From Abditibacteriaceae bacterium (GTDB lineage: Bacteria; Armatimonadota; Abditibacteriia; Abditibacteriales; Abditibacteriaceae), in assembly GCA_965277285.1 (NCBI GenBank), contig OZ255721.1, forward strand, positions 1,248,001 through 1,312,000: DNA of 64,000 bases, read 5' to 3'. Positions within the stretch are counted from its first letter, which is position 1; each line of letters starts with the position of its first letter. Below the pieces are notes generated by a model. It was given only the letters and a program-made list of their open reading frames with translations, was not told where the DNA came from and made no database searches. Both the position numbers and the translations under genes were made by a program. This document shows, in pieces, positions 39,467-49,546 of the stretch.

Positions 39467-42244
39467 ATGAACAGGACGGACTCTCATCAATTCCACACGG
39501 AAACAGATCCGCCGTCTGGCGCCCGTTCGCCGCTCGATCTGAACGACCAATTTTCGCCACGCGCCCAGGCGCAGCGCGATCTACGCCACACCGTTTTTCT
39601 GACAGCTTTGGTAGCCGCCGCGTTTTGCACGGCCTCGCCGCAAGCTTTCGCCGACAGCACCAGTTCCGCGTCCCCGACGACAGCGGTTGCGGCGTCTAAA
39701 GCGACATCAACACACCGAAAAAGGGTGATGATGGTGCTGGAAAGCCCGATGGCGCCCGCACAAATGGCATCCACACAAAATGCACCGGCCAAAACCAAGT
39801 TCAATTCGAGTACTCGAAATATCGAGCGCAAAAACAGCACCTCGAAGAAAGTGTCCGCGAAGATTTCAAGAAATGCGCAATTGACGCAGCTTTCTTTGCC
39901 GCCCGCGATGCCGGTTGTAACAGCCAATGCTTCGGTTGCCAGCGCGCCCAAAGTGTTTCGTGGCATAAATGCAAATGCCGCATCAACGAAGACGCGCTTG
40001 GCGCGATTGGACGCGACAGATCGCTCGGTTGCGATTTCGCCGCTGCAAGATAAGGCAGCGCTCGCCAAAGTCAGCGTGGGCATGCGCAAAATCATCACGG
40101 TTTCGTCGCTGCAACAATTGCCGCCCGCGACGCAGCCTTTGCCGATGATGTACAACAACAGCCGCCGCGCTTCGGTGGTCTCTGTCGGTTTCGATGCGCC
40201 CTCCAACAGCTCGCGCGCCGAAAGCAGCGTTTCGACCAATATGCCAATGCCTGCAGCACAGCGCACGATGAGTGCGATGGGAATGAGTTCGAGCGGCATG
40301 GCGAATCAATTGGAAGTGGCGGCGGGAACTTTCGTCGTTCTGCAAACCGCCACCGACCTGGATACGGTTGCCGTCGCCGATCCGTCGATTGCCGATGTCG
40401 CAGTCGTCAATTCGCGCGCCGTGTTGGTGAACGGAAAAATTCCCGGCGTAACCAGCCTGGTCATCGTTGACCGCGAAAAGATTCGCCAATATCAAGTTCG
40501 CGTTTTGCCCGCGCCAGGAACGCTGCCACGCGATATTGCGGCGCAGATCGGCTTGCCCGGCGTGACGGTGCGCCAGGTACGTGATGCGATCGTGCTGGAC
40601 GGCGAAGTCAACAGCACGGAAGATGCGCGCCGCGCGGTCGAAATCGCCGGTATTTATTCCAAGAAAGTCGTTTCGCAGTTAACGGTGCGCGGCGTTCCGA
40701 CTGACGACGCCGCAGTTGCCGGACAAATTCAAGGCGTCATCGGCTTGCCCAACGTTTCGGTTTCCTTGCTGGGCGACACGGTTTTGCTGCAGGGCACGGT
40801 GGATACGCCCGCGCAACGCCAGCGCTCCGAAACCATCGCTGGCGCGACCGGCAAAAAAGTCTTAAACCTGATCGAGTTGCCCACTTTGACGCTCGACCAA
40901 GTCCAGGCCGCTATCGGCACGCCGCCGCAAAACCAATCGACGACTGATGGCGGACTGACTTCCGATACAATTGATCCGACTTCAATTACAGCGCGCCAAG
41001 TCGGCGACCAAATTATTCTCGAAGGCAACGCGCTTGACCAGGAGCGCAAAGATCAGGCGGAAGCTGTCGCGGCACGCACTGGATTGCAGGTCATCAATCG
41101 CATCAAGGTTTTGCCGCCGATTCCAGCCGAAGTCCGCGTGCTGCAAGGCATCACGACGGCGATTGGCATTCCAGGCGTGACAGCTTACGGTAGTCCGAAG
41201 CGCTTGGTGTTGCGCGGCACGGTCGCCGACAGCAACGTGGCAATCGCCGCGGAGCAGATCGCGCGCTCGTATGCGGCGCAAGTCGATAATATGCTGCAAA
41301 CGCCGAATCCGATTGAAGTCAACGTCGATATTCAAATCGTGGAACTCAATTCCAACGTCGCGCGCCAGTTGGGTGTGCAATATGGTTCGGTTGCACTGAC
41401 GCAAAATACGACAGCTCCATCAACCACGATAACGAATGGTGTCCCATTTACAGTCCCAGGAGTGACGACAACGACGACGAACAACGTCTTTCAACAAGGC
41501 ATCCTTTCAGCAGGCAACGGCTTCTTCGGCGGCCAAGGACTTCGAGTACTCGATGCCTTCCGCGCTCGCTTGAACGCGCTGTATTCGGACGGTTCGGCGC
41601 GCTTGTTGTCGAATCCGCGCACCACCGTTTTGTCGGGACGGACGGCGACGTTTCAGGTCGGCGGCCAAGTGCCAATTCCCAGTGGAAATACGACAAATCA
41701 AAGCGGTACATCGACGACAATTGTCTTCAAAGACTTCGGTATTTTGATGGACGTGATTCCGGTGGCCAATGCCAATGGCGTGGTGACGATGCGGTTGCGC
41801 ACGGAAGTTTCGCAGCCCGACCCAACGCTGGGTATCATTCCTCCGGGTGGCGGCGGCCTGATTCCGGGCTTCTCGCGCCGCTCGACGGACACCGAAGTCA
41901 CAGTTGAACCGAATGGGACGCTGGCATTGGGTGGCCTGATTCAAAACAACATCACAAAAACGATCAGCAAAGTGCCGATTTTAGGCGACATCCCGATCTT
42001 AGGTTCACTGTTCCGCAGCAAGCAATTCCAGCGCAACCAAACCGAGTTGGTCATTTTTGTGACTCCTCACGTCTTGGCCAACCCGCTGACGCCTGGACAA
42101 ACCGCTTTCGTCGGAGCCTTCGCGGCGGGCAACAACAGCAACCAGGCCACTACACTGGGCAATCCTGGTATTGCTTCGTTCAATACCGGCGAATCAATTG
42201 TTCCGACAACCGGTTCCGGCTCGTCTGGCGGAGGCGCGCAGTAA
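39467..42244 (+). CDS. cpaC: Tad/Flp secretin with N-terminal pilus-formation domain and several BON-like domains
   Basis: VAVADPSIADV...VLVNGK.PG.TSL; repeated V.L.G.V...V.N.L units; LSG..A.FQVGG..PIP, FK.FG, KVPILGDIPILG.LFRS...TELVIFVTP. Confidence 0.9.
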   Translation: MNRTDSHQFHTETDPPSGARSPLDLNDQFSPRAQAQRDLRHTVFLTALVAAAFCTASPQAFADSTSSASPTTAVAASKATSTHRKRVMMVLESPMAPAQMASTQNAPAKTKFNSSTRNIERKNSTSKKVSAKISRNAQLTQLSLPPAMPVVTANASVASAPKVFRGINANAASTKTRLARLDATDRSVAISPLQDKAALAKVSVGMRKIITVSSLQQLPPATQPLPMMYNNSRRASVVSVGFDAPSNSSRAESSVSTNMPMPAAQRTMSAMGMSSSGMANQLEVAAGTFVVLQTATDLDTVAVADPSIADVAVVNSRAVLVNGKIPGVTSLVIVDREKIRQYQVRVLPAPGTLPRDIAAQIGLPGVTVRQVRDAIVLDGEVNSTEDARRAVEIAGIYSKKVVSQLTVRGVPTDDAAVAGQIQGVIGLPNVSVSLLGDTVLLQGTVDTPAQRQRSETIAGATGKKVLNLIELPTLTLDQVQAAIGTPPQNQSTTDGGLTSDTIDPTSITARQVGDQIILEGNALDQERKDQAEAVAARTGLQVINRIKVLPPIPAEVRVLQGITTAIGIPGVTAYGSPKRLVLRGTVADSNVAIAAEQIARSYAAQVDNMLQTPNPIEVNVDIQIVELNSNVARQLGVQYGSVALTQNTTAPSTTITNGVPFTVPGVTTTTTNNVFQQGILSAGNGFFGGQGLRVLDAFRARLNALYSDGSARLLSNPRTTVLSGRTATFQVGGQVPIPSGNTTNQSGTSTTIVFKDFGILMDVIPVANANGVVTMRLRTEVSQPDPTLGIIPPGGGGLIPGFSRRSTDTEVTVEPNGTLALGGLIQNNITKTISKVPILGDIPILGSLFRSKQFQRNQTELVIFVTPHVLANPLTPGQTAFVGAFAAGNNSNQATTLGNPGIASFNTGESIVPTTGSGSSGGGAQ

Positions 42245-42302
42245 AGGCGCGTTGCACCTAATTCACGAAGCTGAACGAAGTTGAACAAGGAGAACATCAA
42301 CA

Positions 42303-43370
42303 ATGCAAAGAAACAGGCTTCCCATCATCGGGCTGATAATCTTTGGAGTGCTGGCCCTGGGCTTGACTGCCCTCGCGCTGCTTGGCGGCAACAAAGGCAC
42401 AACACCGGCGCCCGCGCCTGTAGAAAACGCTTCTGTCGCCCCTGCTCCAGCGCCCACGCCTTCCACGAAAACCGTGGTCGCGCAAACTGACATTGCGCCG
42501 CGCACCATGATCACGCGCGAAATGCTGACGACTATGGACACGCCAAACGCTCCGGCGGGCGCGTTCACCAGCCTCGATCAGGTCGTTGGACGCCTGGCGT
42601 CCTCGCCCATCAGCGCCAACTCGCCGATTAGTTCGGACAACGTGACTTTGCCAATTCAGCGCAAAGTGCCCGCCGATTTCGAGGTGCCACAAGGCTTGCG
42701 CGCCGTCGCCATCTATGTCGATCCGGCGCAGACTGCAGCGGGCCTGGTTGATAAAGGCGATCACGTCGATGTCATTGCGACCTACAAAATGACGATCGAC
42801 AAGCAGGACACCGATTATTACACGCAGGTTTACACTGGTTCTAAAGCTTACACGTTGAGCCGCACAGTCGCGCAGAATTTACTCGTCATCGGCGTGGATC
42901 CGTCGTTGCTGGCTCCGCCGCCGACACCCGTTGCGACTCCGGGCCAAGCCGCTTTAGGTGCCGTGACGCCTCCTGCAGCAACACCGACGCCAACGCCTGG
43001 CGCGCCCTCAAAAATCCGCGTCCTGCTGGCCGCCACGCCCGCTATCGCCGAACGCCTGGTTGCCGCCAACGATGCCGGAACGTTGCACTTGACCGTGCGC
43101 GGCGCCAATTCCAGTGAGCAATTGGCCATTGGCGAAGCGCGCGAATATCCGACCAACTTGTATAACGTGCGCAAAAAGCAAACGGTGTCCTCCGGTGGCG
43201 CACCCGTCAATGTTTCCTCTCCGCCGCGGTCGGAGCCGATGATGCCATCGCCTGTAGCGCCCGTGACCATTCCAAAGGAAGGGCCCTCGAATCCTTTGCC
43301 TTCCGGCTCGCAAGTCACCGTGATTCGTGGAACCGACAAAACCAACGTCAACGTTCCTCTCAGTCCGTAA
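42303..43370 (+). CDS. cpaB: Flp pilus assembly protein CpaB/RcpC
   Basis: N-terminal TM, SAF domain VVAQTDIAP.T.IT, VP.GLRAVAI.V....AAGLV..GD.VDV. Confidence 0.9.
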   Translation: MQRNRLPIIGLIIFGVLALGLTALALLGGNKGTTPAPAPVENASVAPAPAPTPSTKTVVAQTDIAPRTMITREMLTTMDTPNAPAGAFTSLDQVVGRLASSPISANSPISSDNVTLPIQRKVPADFEVPQGLRAVAIYVDPAQTAAGLVDKGDHVDVIATYKMTIDKQDTDYYTQVYTGSKAYTLSRTVAQNLLVIGVDPSLLAPPPTPVATPGQAALGAVTPPAATPTPTPGAPSKIRVLLAATPAIAERLVAANDAGTLHLTVRGANSSEQLAIGEAREYPTNLYNVRKKQTVSSGGAPVNVSSPPRSEPMMPSPVAPVTIPKEGPSNPLPSGSQVTVIRGTDKTNVNVPLSP

Positions 43371-43398
43371 AATCAGATCGTAAAACCTTCGCCGCAAC

Positions 43399-43438
43399 GC
43401 AACAACGCGCTATCGAGTACTCGATAGCGCGTTGTTGC
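43399..43438 (+). terminator. Perfect 40-bp palindrome centred on TCGAGTACTCGA, followed by T4
   Basis: GCAACAACGCGCTATCGAGTACTCGATAGCGCGTTGTTGC-TTTT, 28 bp after the cpaB stop. Confidence 0.75.
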
Positions 43439-43520
43439 TTTTGATGGCACATTCCTATACTTGCGCCTTGTTACGAAACTACAAATCGTCTCATATAACG
43501 GTCACTGCATCAAATTGCCA

Positions 43521-43809
43521 GTTTGTCATTCTGAGCGCAGCGAAGAATCTATGTAACTCAAGTTGCTACCTAATCAGTGCCTGCGAGTGAACTCGCGGCT
43601 CGGTTGCCCTTTGGGCAGATGCTCCCGCCGCGGGTGCCCTTTGGGCGGATCGGCCTGCGCCGACGCAACATTGAAAGGACTTTGTCTCTGGCGTCAGCGC
43701 AGGCCGCCGCTGCCGCCGCAGGTGGTTGAGCCGCGAGTTCACTCGCCGGGCATGGTAGCAACTTGGGTTATATAAAGTTAGATTCTTCGCTGCGCTCAGA
43801 ATGACAAAC
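43521..43809. repeat. Family B repeat with a family A element nested in its loop
   Basis: Arms GTTTGTCATTCTGAGCGCAGCGAAGAATCT (43521-43550) and AGATTCTTCGCTGCGCTCAGAATGACAAAC (43780-43809). Confidence 0.85.
43554..43770. mobile_element. MITE-like repeat family A (core inverted relative to the 35185 copy)
   Basis: TAACTCAAGTTGCTAC...GTAGCAACTTGGGTTA. Confidence 0.8.
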
Positions 43810-44015
43810 CTTCACCTTCCAACCATTTTCTCTACTTTACAAACTGATTCTCAAGCGCTTGGAACATCCGCGCGGAAGGACAAAACTTTCGTATCTTCAG
43901 CGATGCAACGGCAAAATGATATAATTGCGGCGTGCCATTGTCTCGTTCCTCCGGTTCTTCGCCCTCGTCGTCTCACAATTCCCAATCGAGTACTCGATCT
44001 TCGCGCGCAAGTGCG

Positions 44016-45602
44016 ATGACGCAGCCTTTGCGCGCCGCCGCACTGCTTTCAGTGATGTTGCTTTTAGCCCGCGTCGTCGGTTTAGTGCAAACGGTTGTAG
44101 TGGGAACCCTCATCCCACGCGGCGATAACGATGCTTACAAAGCGGCCTTCGGCCTCATCGAATTTGTCAATTACTTGGTTGCAGGCGGCGCGCTTTCAGT
44201 GACGTTTATCCCTCTTTTTACGTTGTTCAAAAACAACGATAATGAGCGCGACGCATGGCGCTTCTTCTCGGCCATTGCAAGCATAATGACATGTATTCTC
44301 GTTGTCATCATTACGCTGAGTTACCTACTGGCAACTCCTGTGGCACGCTGGTACTATTCCGGTTTCGATGAAGAACGCCTCGCCTTAACAGTCAAAATGA
44401 CGCGGATTTTGTTGCCCGCTCAGATCTTCTTTTACCTGGGCGGAATGATTGTCGGCGTCCTCAATGCGCATAAGAGATTTGGCGCGTCGAGCTTAACAGG
44501 TGTGGCTTACAATATCGTCGCGCTCATTACTGGCGTTGCGCTCTGGTTTCTGCTCGGACACAACTCGGTTGGTTTTGCATGGGGCATTTTGATCGGCGCT
44601 TTTTTCGGCAATTTCTTATTGCCCCTGGTAGCCGCACTGCGCGCGCCTTCTGCCGAACGCTTACGTTTTCGTTTTCTGCTTGATTTTCGTCAGCCTGGCG
44701 TTGCGAGATTTTTTCGCAACACTTTGCCAATTATGCTCGGCGTGTCGTTTCCCGTCATTGACCAATTCGTTTTGAAACACTTCGCTTCGTTCCTGCGCGA
44801 AGGCACAATAGCACAACTCGACAACGGCAATCGCGTGATGTTAGCGCCACTGGCGATTTTGGCGCAGGCCGCCAGTGTCGCGGCATTTCCGTATCTTGCG
44901 GGCGATAGCGCAACAAAACAATGGAGCAAATTCGCCGATTTCTTGCGCAGCGGTTTACGACGTTTACTGTTCATTTCATTGCCCGCTTCGACGTTGTTGA
45001 TTTTGTTGGCGCAACCGCTTATTATCATCGTCTTTCGGCATGGCGAGTACTCGATGTTCGATGCGCAGGAAACCGCTCTCGCTTTCGCATTTTATTGCGT
45101 CGGCTTATTTGCGTGGGCTGGCCAGCAGTTAGTGGCGCGCGGCCTTTACGCGCTGCAAGACACTGTAACTCCAACGCTCATCGGTAGTATTTTGACGATC
45201 TTTTTATACATTCCACTCTGCTGGCTGGCCGTGCGCTGGAACCGACATGAAGTTCTGGGCCTGGCGCTGGCAACCAGCGTTGGCGCCAGCGCGCATTTTT
45301 GCGGCGTCTTCATCGCGTTGGAACGAAAATTGGCGCAACGAGAATACGCGACATCGTTGCGCAGCGAACGCGTCCTGGGAACGTTATTGCGAACGCTCGC
45401 CGCCTGTTGCATTATGGGAATCGTCGGATTATTGGTTAAAAATTTCGCGGACGCGCATTTACCGCACAACCGCATCGGCGATATCGGACGTTTGTTTGTC
45501 ATCTCGACAGTTTCGGTCGCGGCGTTCATCTTCGCGGCGCAGCGATTTCAAATCCCAGAATGGGCGTGGCTCCAAGGCAAAATCCTGCGCCGCAAGCGTT
45601 GA
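44016..45602 (+). CDS. murJ: Lipid II flippase MurJ
   Basis: LLARVVG, DAY.AAF, GGALS..FIP, GLYALQDT.TP, GLALATS; extended -10 TGATATAAT at 43917. Confidence 0.92.
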   Translation: MTQPLRAAALLSVMLLLARVVGLVQTVVVGTLIPRGDNDAYKAAFGLIEFVNYLVAGGALSVTFIPLFTLFKNNDNERDAWRFFSAIASIMTCILVVIITLSYLLATPVARWYYSGFDEERLALTVKMTRILLPAQIFFYLGGMIVGVLNAHKRFGASSLTGVAYNIVALITGVALWFLLGHNSVGFAWGILIGAFFGNFLLPLVAALRAPSAERLRFRFLLDFRQPGVARFFRNTLPIMLGVSFPVIDQFVLKHFASFLREGTIAQLDNGNRVMLAPLAILAQAASVAAFPYLAGDSATKQWSKFADFLRSGLRRLLFISLPASTLLILLAQPLIIIVFRHGEYSMFDAQETALAFAFYCVGLFAWAGQQLVARGLYALQDTVTPTLIGSILTIFLYIPLCWLAVRWNRHEVLGLALATSVGASAHFCGVFIALERKLAQREYATSLRSERVLGTLLRTLAACCIMGIVGLLVKNFADAHLPHNRIGDIGRLFVISTVSVAAFIFAAQRFQIPEWAWLQGKILRRKR

Positions 45603-45616
45603 ATAAGAATCGACCT

Positions 45617-45699
45617 TTGTCAACGAACCCCAAGCATAGGCGTGGGGCTGAATTAACTGTCACGTCAGCCCCGCGCTTACACTTGGGGTTCTTTGACAA
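45617..45699. repeat. Long imperfect inverted repeat after murJ
   Basis: TTGTCAACGAACCCCAAG..AGGCGTGGGGCTGA / TCAGCCCCGCGCTT..CTTGGGGTTCTTTGACAA. Confidence 0.6.
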
Positions 45700-45782
45700 T
45701 GCCATCGAGTACTCGATGGCGCTTCAAACTCCGGCATCGGCTTTGCGACTGCTGGCTTTATTCCCAAACGGAGGCGAATATC

Positions 45783-46001
45783 ATGAGCGCAACAGATGAC
45801 AAGGCACGCGGCACCGCCAACGACGCGGTTGGTAACGTAAAACAGGCTGTCGGCAACGCGACCGGCGACGAAAACTTGAAGGCCGAAGGCGCCGCGCAAG
45901 AAACCAAAGGCGATGCGCAAAAAGCTATGGGCAACGTCAAAGACGCCGTTTCGGGTGCATTGAAAAACGCGGGCGACGCGATTAAAGGCTCCGGCAGCTA
46001 A
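45783..46001 (+). CDS. CsbD family stress protein
   Basis: DKARG.....VG.VKQAVG.ATGDE.LKAEG...E.KG; GGAGG RBS. Confidence 0.92.
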   Translation: MSATDDKARGTANDAVGNVKQAVGNATGDENLKAEGAAQETKGDAQKAMGNVKDAVSGALKNAGDAIKGSGS

Positions 46002-46016
46002 TCGTTTCAAAACGAC

Positions 46017-46054
46017 AAAAGAACCGCTGAAATCTCAATTTCAGCGGTTCTTTT
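46017..46054. terminator. Bidirectional intrinsic terminator
   Basis: AAAAGAACCGCTGAAAT CTCA ATTTCAGCGGTTCTTTT. Confidence 0.8.
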
Positions 46055-46070
46055 GCGTTCGAGTACTCGA

Positions 46071-46159
46071 TTAAAAGCCAACGAACCCAAAGCGTCAGCG
46101 AGGGAGCCACTTTCACGTTATAGCTCCCTCGCTGACGCTTCGGGTTCGTTGGCTTTTAA
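46071..46159. repeat. REP-like inverted repeat family C
   Basis: AACGAACCCAAAGCGTCAGCGAGGGAGC...GCTCCCTCGCTGACGCTTCGGGTTCGTT. Confidence 0.8.
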
Positions 46160-46597
46160 TCAAAACTGCAAATCAATCACAGCTGAAACGCCAACGCCAG
46201 GCACGCGCTTCATGTCGGTGATGCTGCGCGTATTGACGGGAATCAAGACACGGCCTTGCACGTTATTGACAATCGGCAAATTAGCCGACAATTGCGCCAC
46301 GGCTTTGGTTTGATCAATGCCTTGCGGGGAACCGGAAATCTGCACGATGCCGACGGCTTTGCGCGTGCCCAGTGAAATCACCGGCACGACTTTGGTAGCG
46401 ATGCCTTCCTGCGCAAAGTTCTTTTGTCCCGTTACGCGGCGCAATACGCTGTCGATCTGCGGCCCAAACTTATCGGCGATCACAATCGCGCCGCCCGCTT
46501 TCAAAAGGGTGCCAAAAATATCTGCCGAAGCCGCGCCCGCGCCGAACGTCACCGCCAGAATCGCAATCGTCGTCGCTTTCTTCTTGTTCATTTTCAT
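46160..46597 (-). CDS. Hypothetical exported protein
   Basis: GGGAG RBS; MKMNKKK signal peptide ending ASA; TKVVPVISLG...GVGVSAVIDL. Confidence 0.75.
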   Translation of the reverse strand: MKMNKKKATTIAILAVTFGAGAASADIFGTLLKAGGAIVIADKFGPQIDSVLRRVTGQKNFAQEGIATKVVPVISLGTRKAVGIVQISGSPQGIDQTKAVAQLSANLPIVNNVQGRVLIPVNTRSITDMKRVPGVGVSAVIDLQF

Positions 46598-46783
46598 CGT
46601 CGTTTTCTCCCAATCAAATTTGATAATCGCATCATAATCGTTGTCCCTTGAACAAAGTTCATCAAAGTTGCTCGCTGCGCCATCGAGTACTCGATTCAAC
46701 TTCCACAAAATTGAAAGTTCGATTGGCAATAAGTCGTGTTATATTATCAATATGTCGGATAAAATGGTTGTGGGAGTTTCAAC

Positions 46784-47299
46784 ATGAGACGAGATTTGGC
46801 GGTTATTTTCGGACTTTCTCTGGTGCTTGCGATGCCATCGTGGGCGCACAGTCATGGTGCGAGGCGCAAGTTGAGAACACGGGTTATTGTTCTTCCGTTG
46901 GTTACAGTTGGCGACGGCGAGAATCGCGCGAAAAGTGCGGCACAAGCTTTTGCCAGTGCTGCGCGACGCTACCCATTCGCCACGCAATTTAAGGTTAGAT
47001 GGTGGGGCGCGATGATGCCGACGTGGCGTTTTGCGGGCACAGCAGTTTATAATCGCGCGACGAAAACAATTCACGTTTATGAAGGACAGTCGCACGAGGC
47101 GGAAGTTTATCGTCGTTATTACATTTTTTCTAAGGTAGACGATACGAAGTTGCAGCCTTTAGCGGCCATGTATTTGGCTCGTCGAATGCAGCCGAACGAG
47201 GAACAAGGCCAAGGATTTTTCGACGACCTGGCGAAGCTGGGTTGCCCGAAAAGGACGGTTTCCAATTACGTAGTCGAATATTGGGAACGCGGTGCTTAG
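46784..47299 (+). CDS. Hypothetical exported protein
   Basis: GGGAG RBS, signal peptide, 171 aa. Confidence 0.6.
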   Translation: MRRDLAVIFGLSLVLAMPSWAHSHGARRKLRTRVIVLPLVTVGDGENRAKSAAQAFASAARRYPFATQFKVRWWGAMMPTWRFAGTAVYNRATKTIHVYEGQSHEAEVYRRYYIFSKVDDTKLQPLAAMYLARRMQPNEEQGQGFFDDLAKLGCPKRTVSNYVVEYWERGA

Positions 47300-47534
47300 T
47301 CGCGGCGAATTGACCGCAGGCGCGGAAACTGATAAATTGCGTTGTGCAGCCATTCGCACCAAAGCGTTGTTTTCAAAGGTGGGGCGCGCTTTTCGAGTAC
47401 TCGATGATCGAGTTTGAATCGAGAACGGGCGTCGCGAAAGGGAAAATGCGTGGAGGAAACCTCGCGGTGGCGCGTGTCAACCTGAAGCGTTGATTGAGAA
47501 AATCGGCGTTTCTTCGCACGAAAAGGAGCACGCA

Positions 47535-48848
47535 ATGACATCATCTTCCGTCGAAAAATCTCTCGGCGCAAGCACACAAAACGGCCACAGCAATGGCCAA
47601 ACCGGAAGCGAATCGAGTACTCGATCTCGCTTGAAGGGATTGAAATGCCGCGAATGTGGCGCGCAATACGAACTGGCGCCCAAGCACGTTTGCGAGTTTT
47701 GCTTCGGGCCGCTCGAAGTCGAATACGACTACGAAGCGATTGCGCAAACTTTGTCGCGCGAATCCATCAAAAACGGGCCTTATTCGATCTGGCGTTATCA
47801 GGATTTGCTGCCGGTCGAAGGCACGCCGCGCGTCAACCTCGAAGCCGGTTTCACGCCTTTGGTGCGCGCCGAACGTTTGGGCAAAGCGCTCGGCATCAAA
47901 GAGCTTTACATCAAAAACGACACGGCGAACCCGACCTGGAGTTTCAAGGATCGCGTTGTTTCGGTCGCGCTGTCTCGCGCTGTCGAGTTCGGTTTCGATA
48001 CCGCCGCGTGCGCTTCGACTGGCAATCTGGCCAACAGCGTCGCCGCGCACGCCGCGCACGCCGGAATGAAATGTTACGTGTTCATTCCGAGCGATCTCGA
48101 AGCCGGCAAAATCATGAACTCGCTGGTTTATAAGCCGAATGTCGTCGCTGTCAAAGGCAACTACGACGAAGTGAATCGCCTGTGCAGCGAAATCGCCGAC
48201 CGCAATGCGAGTTGGGCGTTTGTCAACATCAACGTGCGACCTTTCTATAGCGAAGGCTCCAAGACTTTGGCGTATGAAGTCGCCGAACAATTGGGTTGGC
48301 GCGCGCCGGATCACGTCGTGATTCCGATTGCGTCAGGTTCGATGCTGACCAAGATTCACAAAGGCTTCAACGAGTTCAAAAAGCTGGGTATCATCGAAGA
48401 TAAGCCGGTTCGCATCAGCGGCGCGCAAGCCGAAGGTTGTAGTCCGGTCGCAACGGCGTTCGCCAGCGGAAGCGATTTTATCAAGCCGCAGAAACCGAGC
48501 ACAATTGCCAAAAGTCTCGCCATTGGCAATCCCGCCGATGGTTGGTACGCGCTTGACGTGATTACCAAAACTGGTGGAAATTGCGCCACGGTTTCCGACG
48601 ACGAAATCGTGGACGGCATTAAATTGCTGGCCGAAACCGAAGGCATTTTTACCGAAACCGCGGGCGGCGTCACCATCGGCGTACTCAAGAAGCTGGCCGA
48701 ACAAGGCAAAATCAAGCCCGACGAAGTGACGGTCGCTTACATCACCGGCATCGGCTTGAAAACGCAGGAAGCAATTGCCGGAAAAGTCGGCGAACCGTTC
48801 ACCATCGAGCCAAACCTGAAGTCGTTTGAAGATGTTGTCAGGAGTTGA
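47535..48848 (+). CDS. thrC: Threonine synthase (PLP, Zn-ribbon type)
   Basis: CxxC...CxxC, NPTWSFKDR, ASTGNLA, EGSKT, TIAKSLAIGNP, G.GLKT; AAGGAG RBS. Confidence 0.92.
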   Translation: MTSSSVEKSLGASTQNGHSNGQTGSESSTRSRLKGLKCRECGAQYELAPKHVCEFCFGPLEVEYDYEAIAQTLSRESIKNGPYSIWRYQDLLPVEGTPRVNLEAGFTPLVRAERLGKALGIKELYIKNDTANPTWSFKDRVVSVALSRAVEFGFDTAACASTGNLANSVAAHAAHAGMKCYVFIPSDLEAGKIMNSLVYKPNVVAVKGNYDEVNRLCSEIADRNASWAFVNINVRPFYSEGSKTLAYEVAEQLGWRAPDHVVIPIASGSMLTKIHKGFNEFKKLGIIEDKPVRISGAQAEGCSPVATAFASGSDFIKPQKPSTIAKSLAIGNPADGWYALDVITKTGGNCATVSDDEIVDGIKLLAETEGIFTETAGGVTIGVLKKLAEQGKIKPDEVTVAYITGIGLKTQEAIAGKVGEPFTIEPNLKSFEDVVRS

Positions 48849-48853
48849 TCGCC

Positions 48854-49459
48854 ATGAACGTTGTCGTTCACGCACCTTTTCCATTTGACGTTTATCTGAA
48901 TGGACAGTCAGAAGTTCAGGCCGAGGGCACAACTCCGCGCGAAGTTCTTAAAGACTGGACTGCGCGGTATTTAAGAGACGAACACGCCTTTCGCGTTCTT
49001 AACGAAGAAGGACAAATCCGCGGATTTACGCAGATCTACGTTGGCGACAAAGTTTGTTTCTGTAAACTTCCTGGTAAGTTAGTCGATGAACTTGACCTAC
49101 CTCTTAAAGAAGGCGATGAGATTTTCGTTGCTCCCGCCATCTGTCATTTACTTTTACGACGTATCTTAGGAGAACCGATTATGTCCGTTTTAGTTCGTAT
49201 TCCCACGCCGTTGCAGAAATTGGTCGGCGACAAGTCCGAAGTGCAGGCCGAAGGTTCGACGTTGCGCGAAGTTGTGCAATCGCTCGCCGGTCAGAACGAA
49301 GAGTTCAAGACGCGCTTGCTGGACGATAGCGGCGAATTGCGCCGTTTCGTCAATGTTTACGTCAACGAGGAAGACGTGCGCTTTCTACAGAAACTCGACA
49401 CGCCTTTGAAAGACGGCGACGAAGTTTCGATTGTGCCCGCGATTGCGGGTGGAAAATAG
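48854..49459 (+). CDS. Tandem MoaD/ThiS ubiquitin-like protein (divergent unit plus canonical unit from ATG 49181, ending GGK)
   Basis: Both halves share SEVQAEG.T.REV...L...G..R.F...YV......LD.PLK.GDE...PAI; the second has its own AGGAG RBS. Confidence 0.8.
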   Translation: MNVVVHAPFPFDVYLNGQSEVQAEGTTPREVLKDWTARYLRDEHAFRVLNEEGQIRGFTQIYVGDKVCFCKLPGKLVDELDLPLKEGDEIFVAPAICHLLLRRILGEPIMSVLVRIPTPLQKLVGDKSEVQAEGSTLREVVQSLAGQNEEFKTRLLDDSGELRRFVNVYVNEEDVRFLQKLDTPLKDGDEVSIVPAIAGGK

Positions 49460-49546
49460 GAGCCAGTGGAAAAGGATGAGAGACGAGAAACGACTTTCGA
49501 GTACTCGATTTCTCATCCCTTTCACCTTTCCTCTCACCCTTTTCTT

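Noticed and set aside
47300..47534. SAM riboswitch or T-box before thrC
   Set aside because: Conserved cores not found by eye
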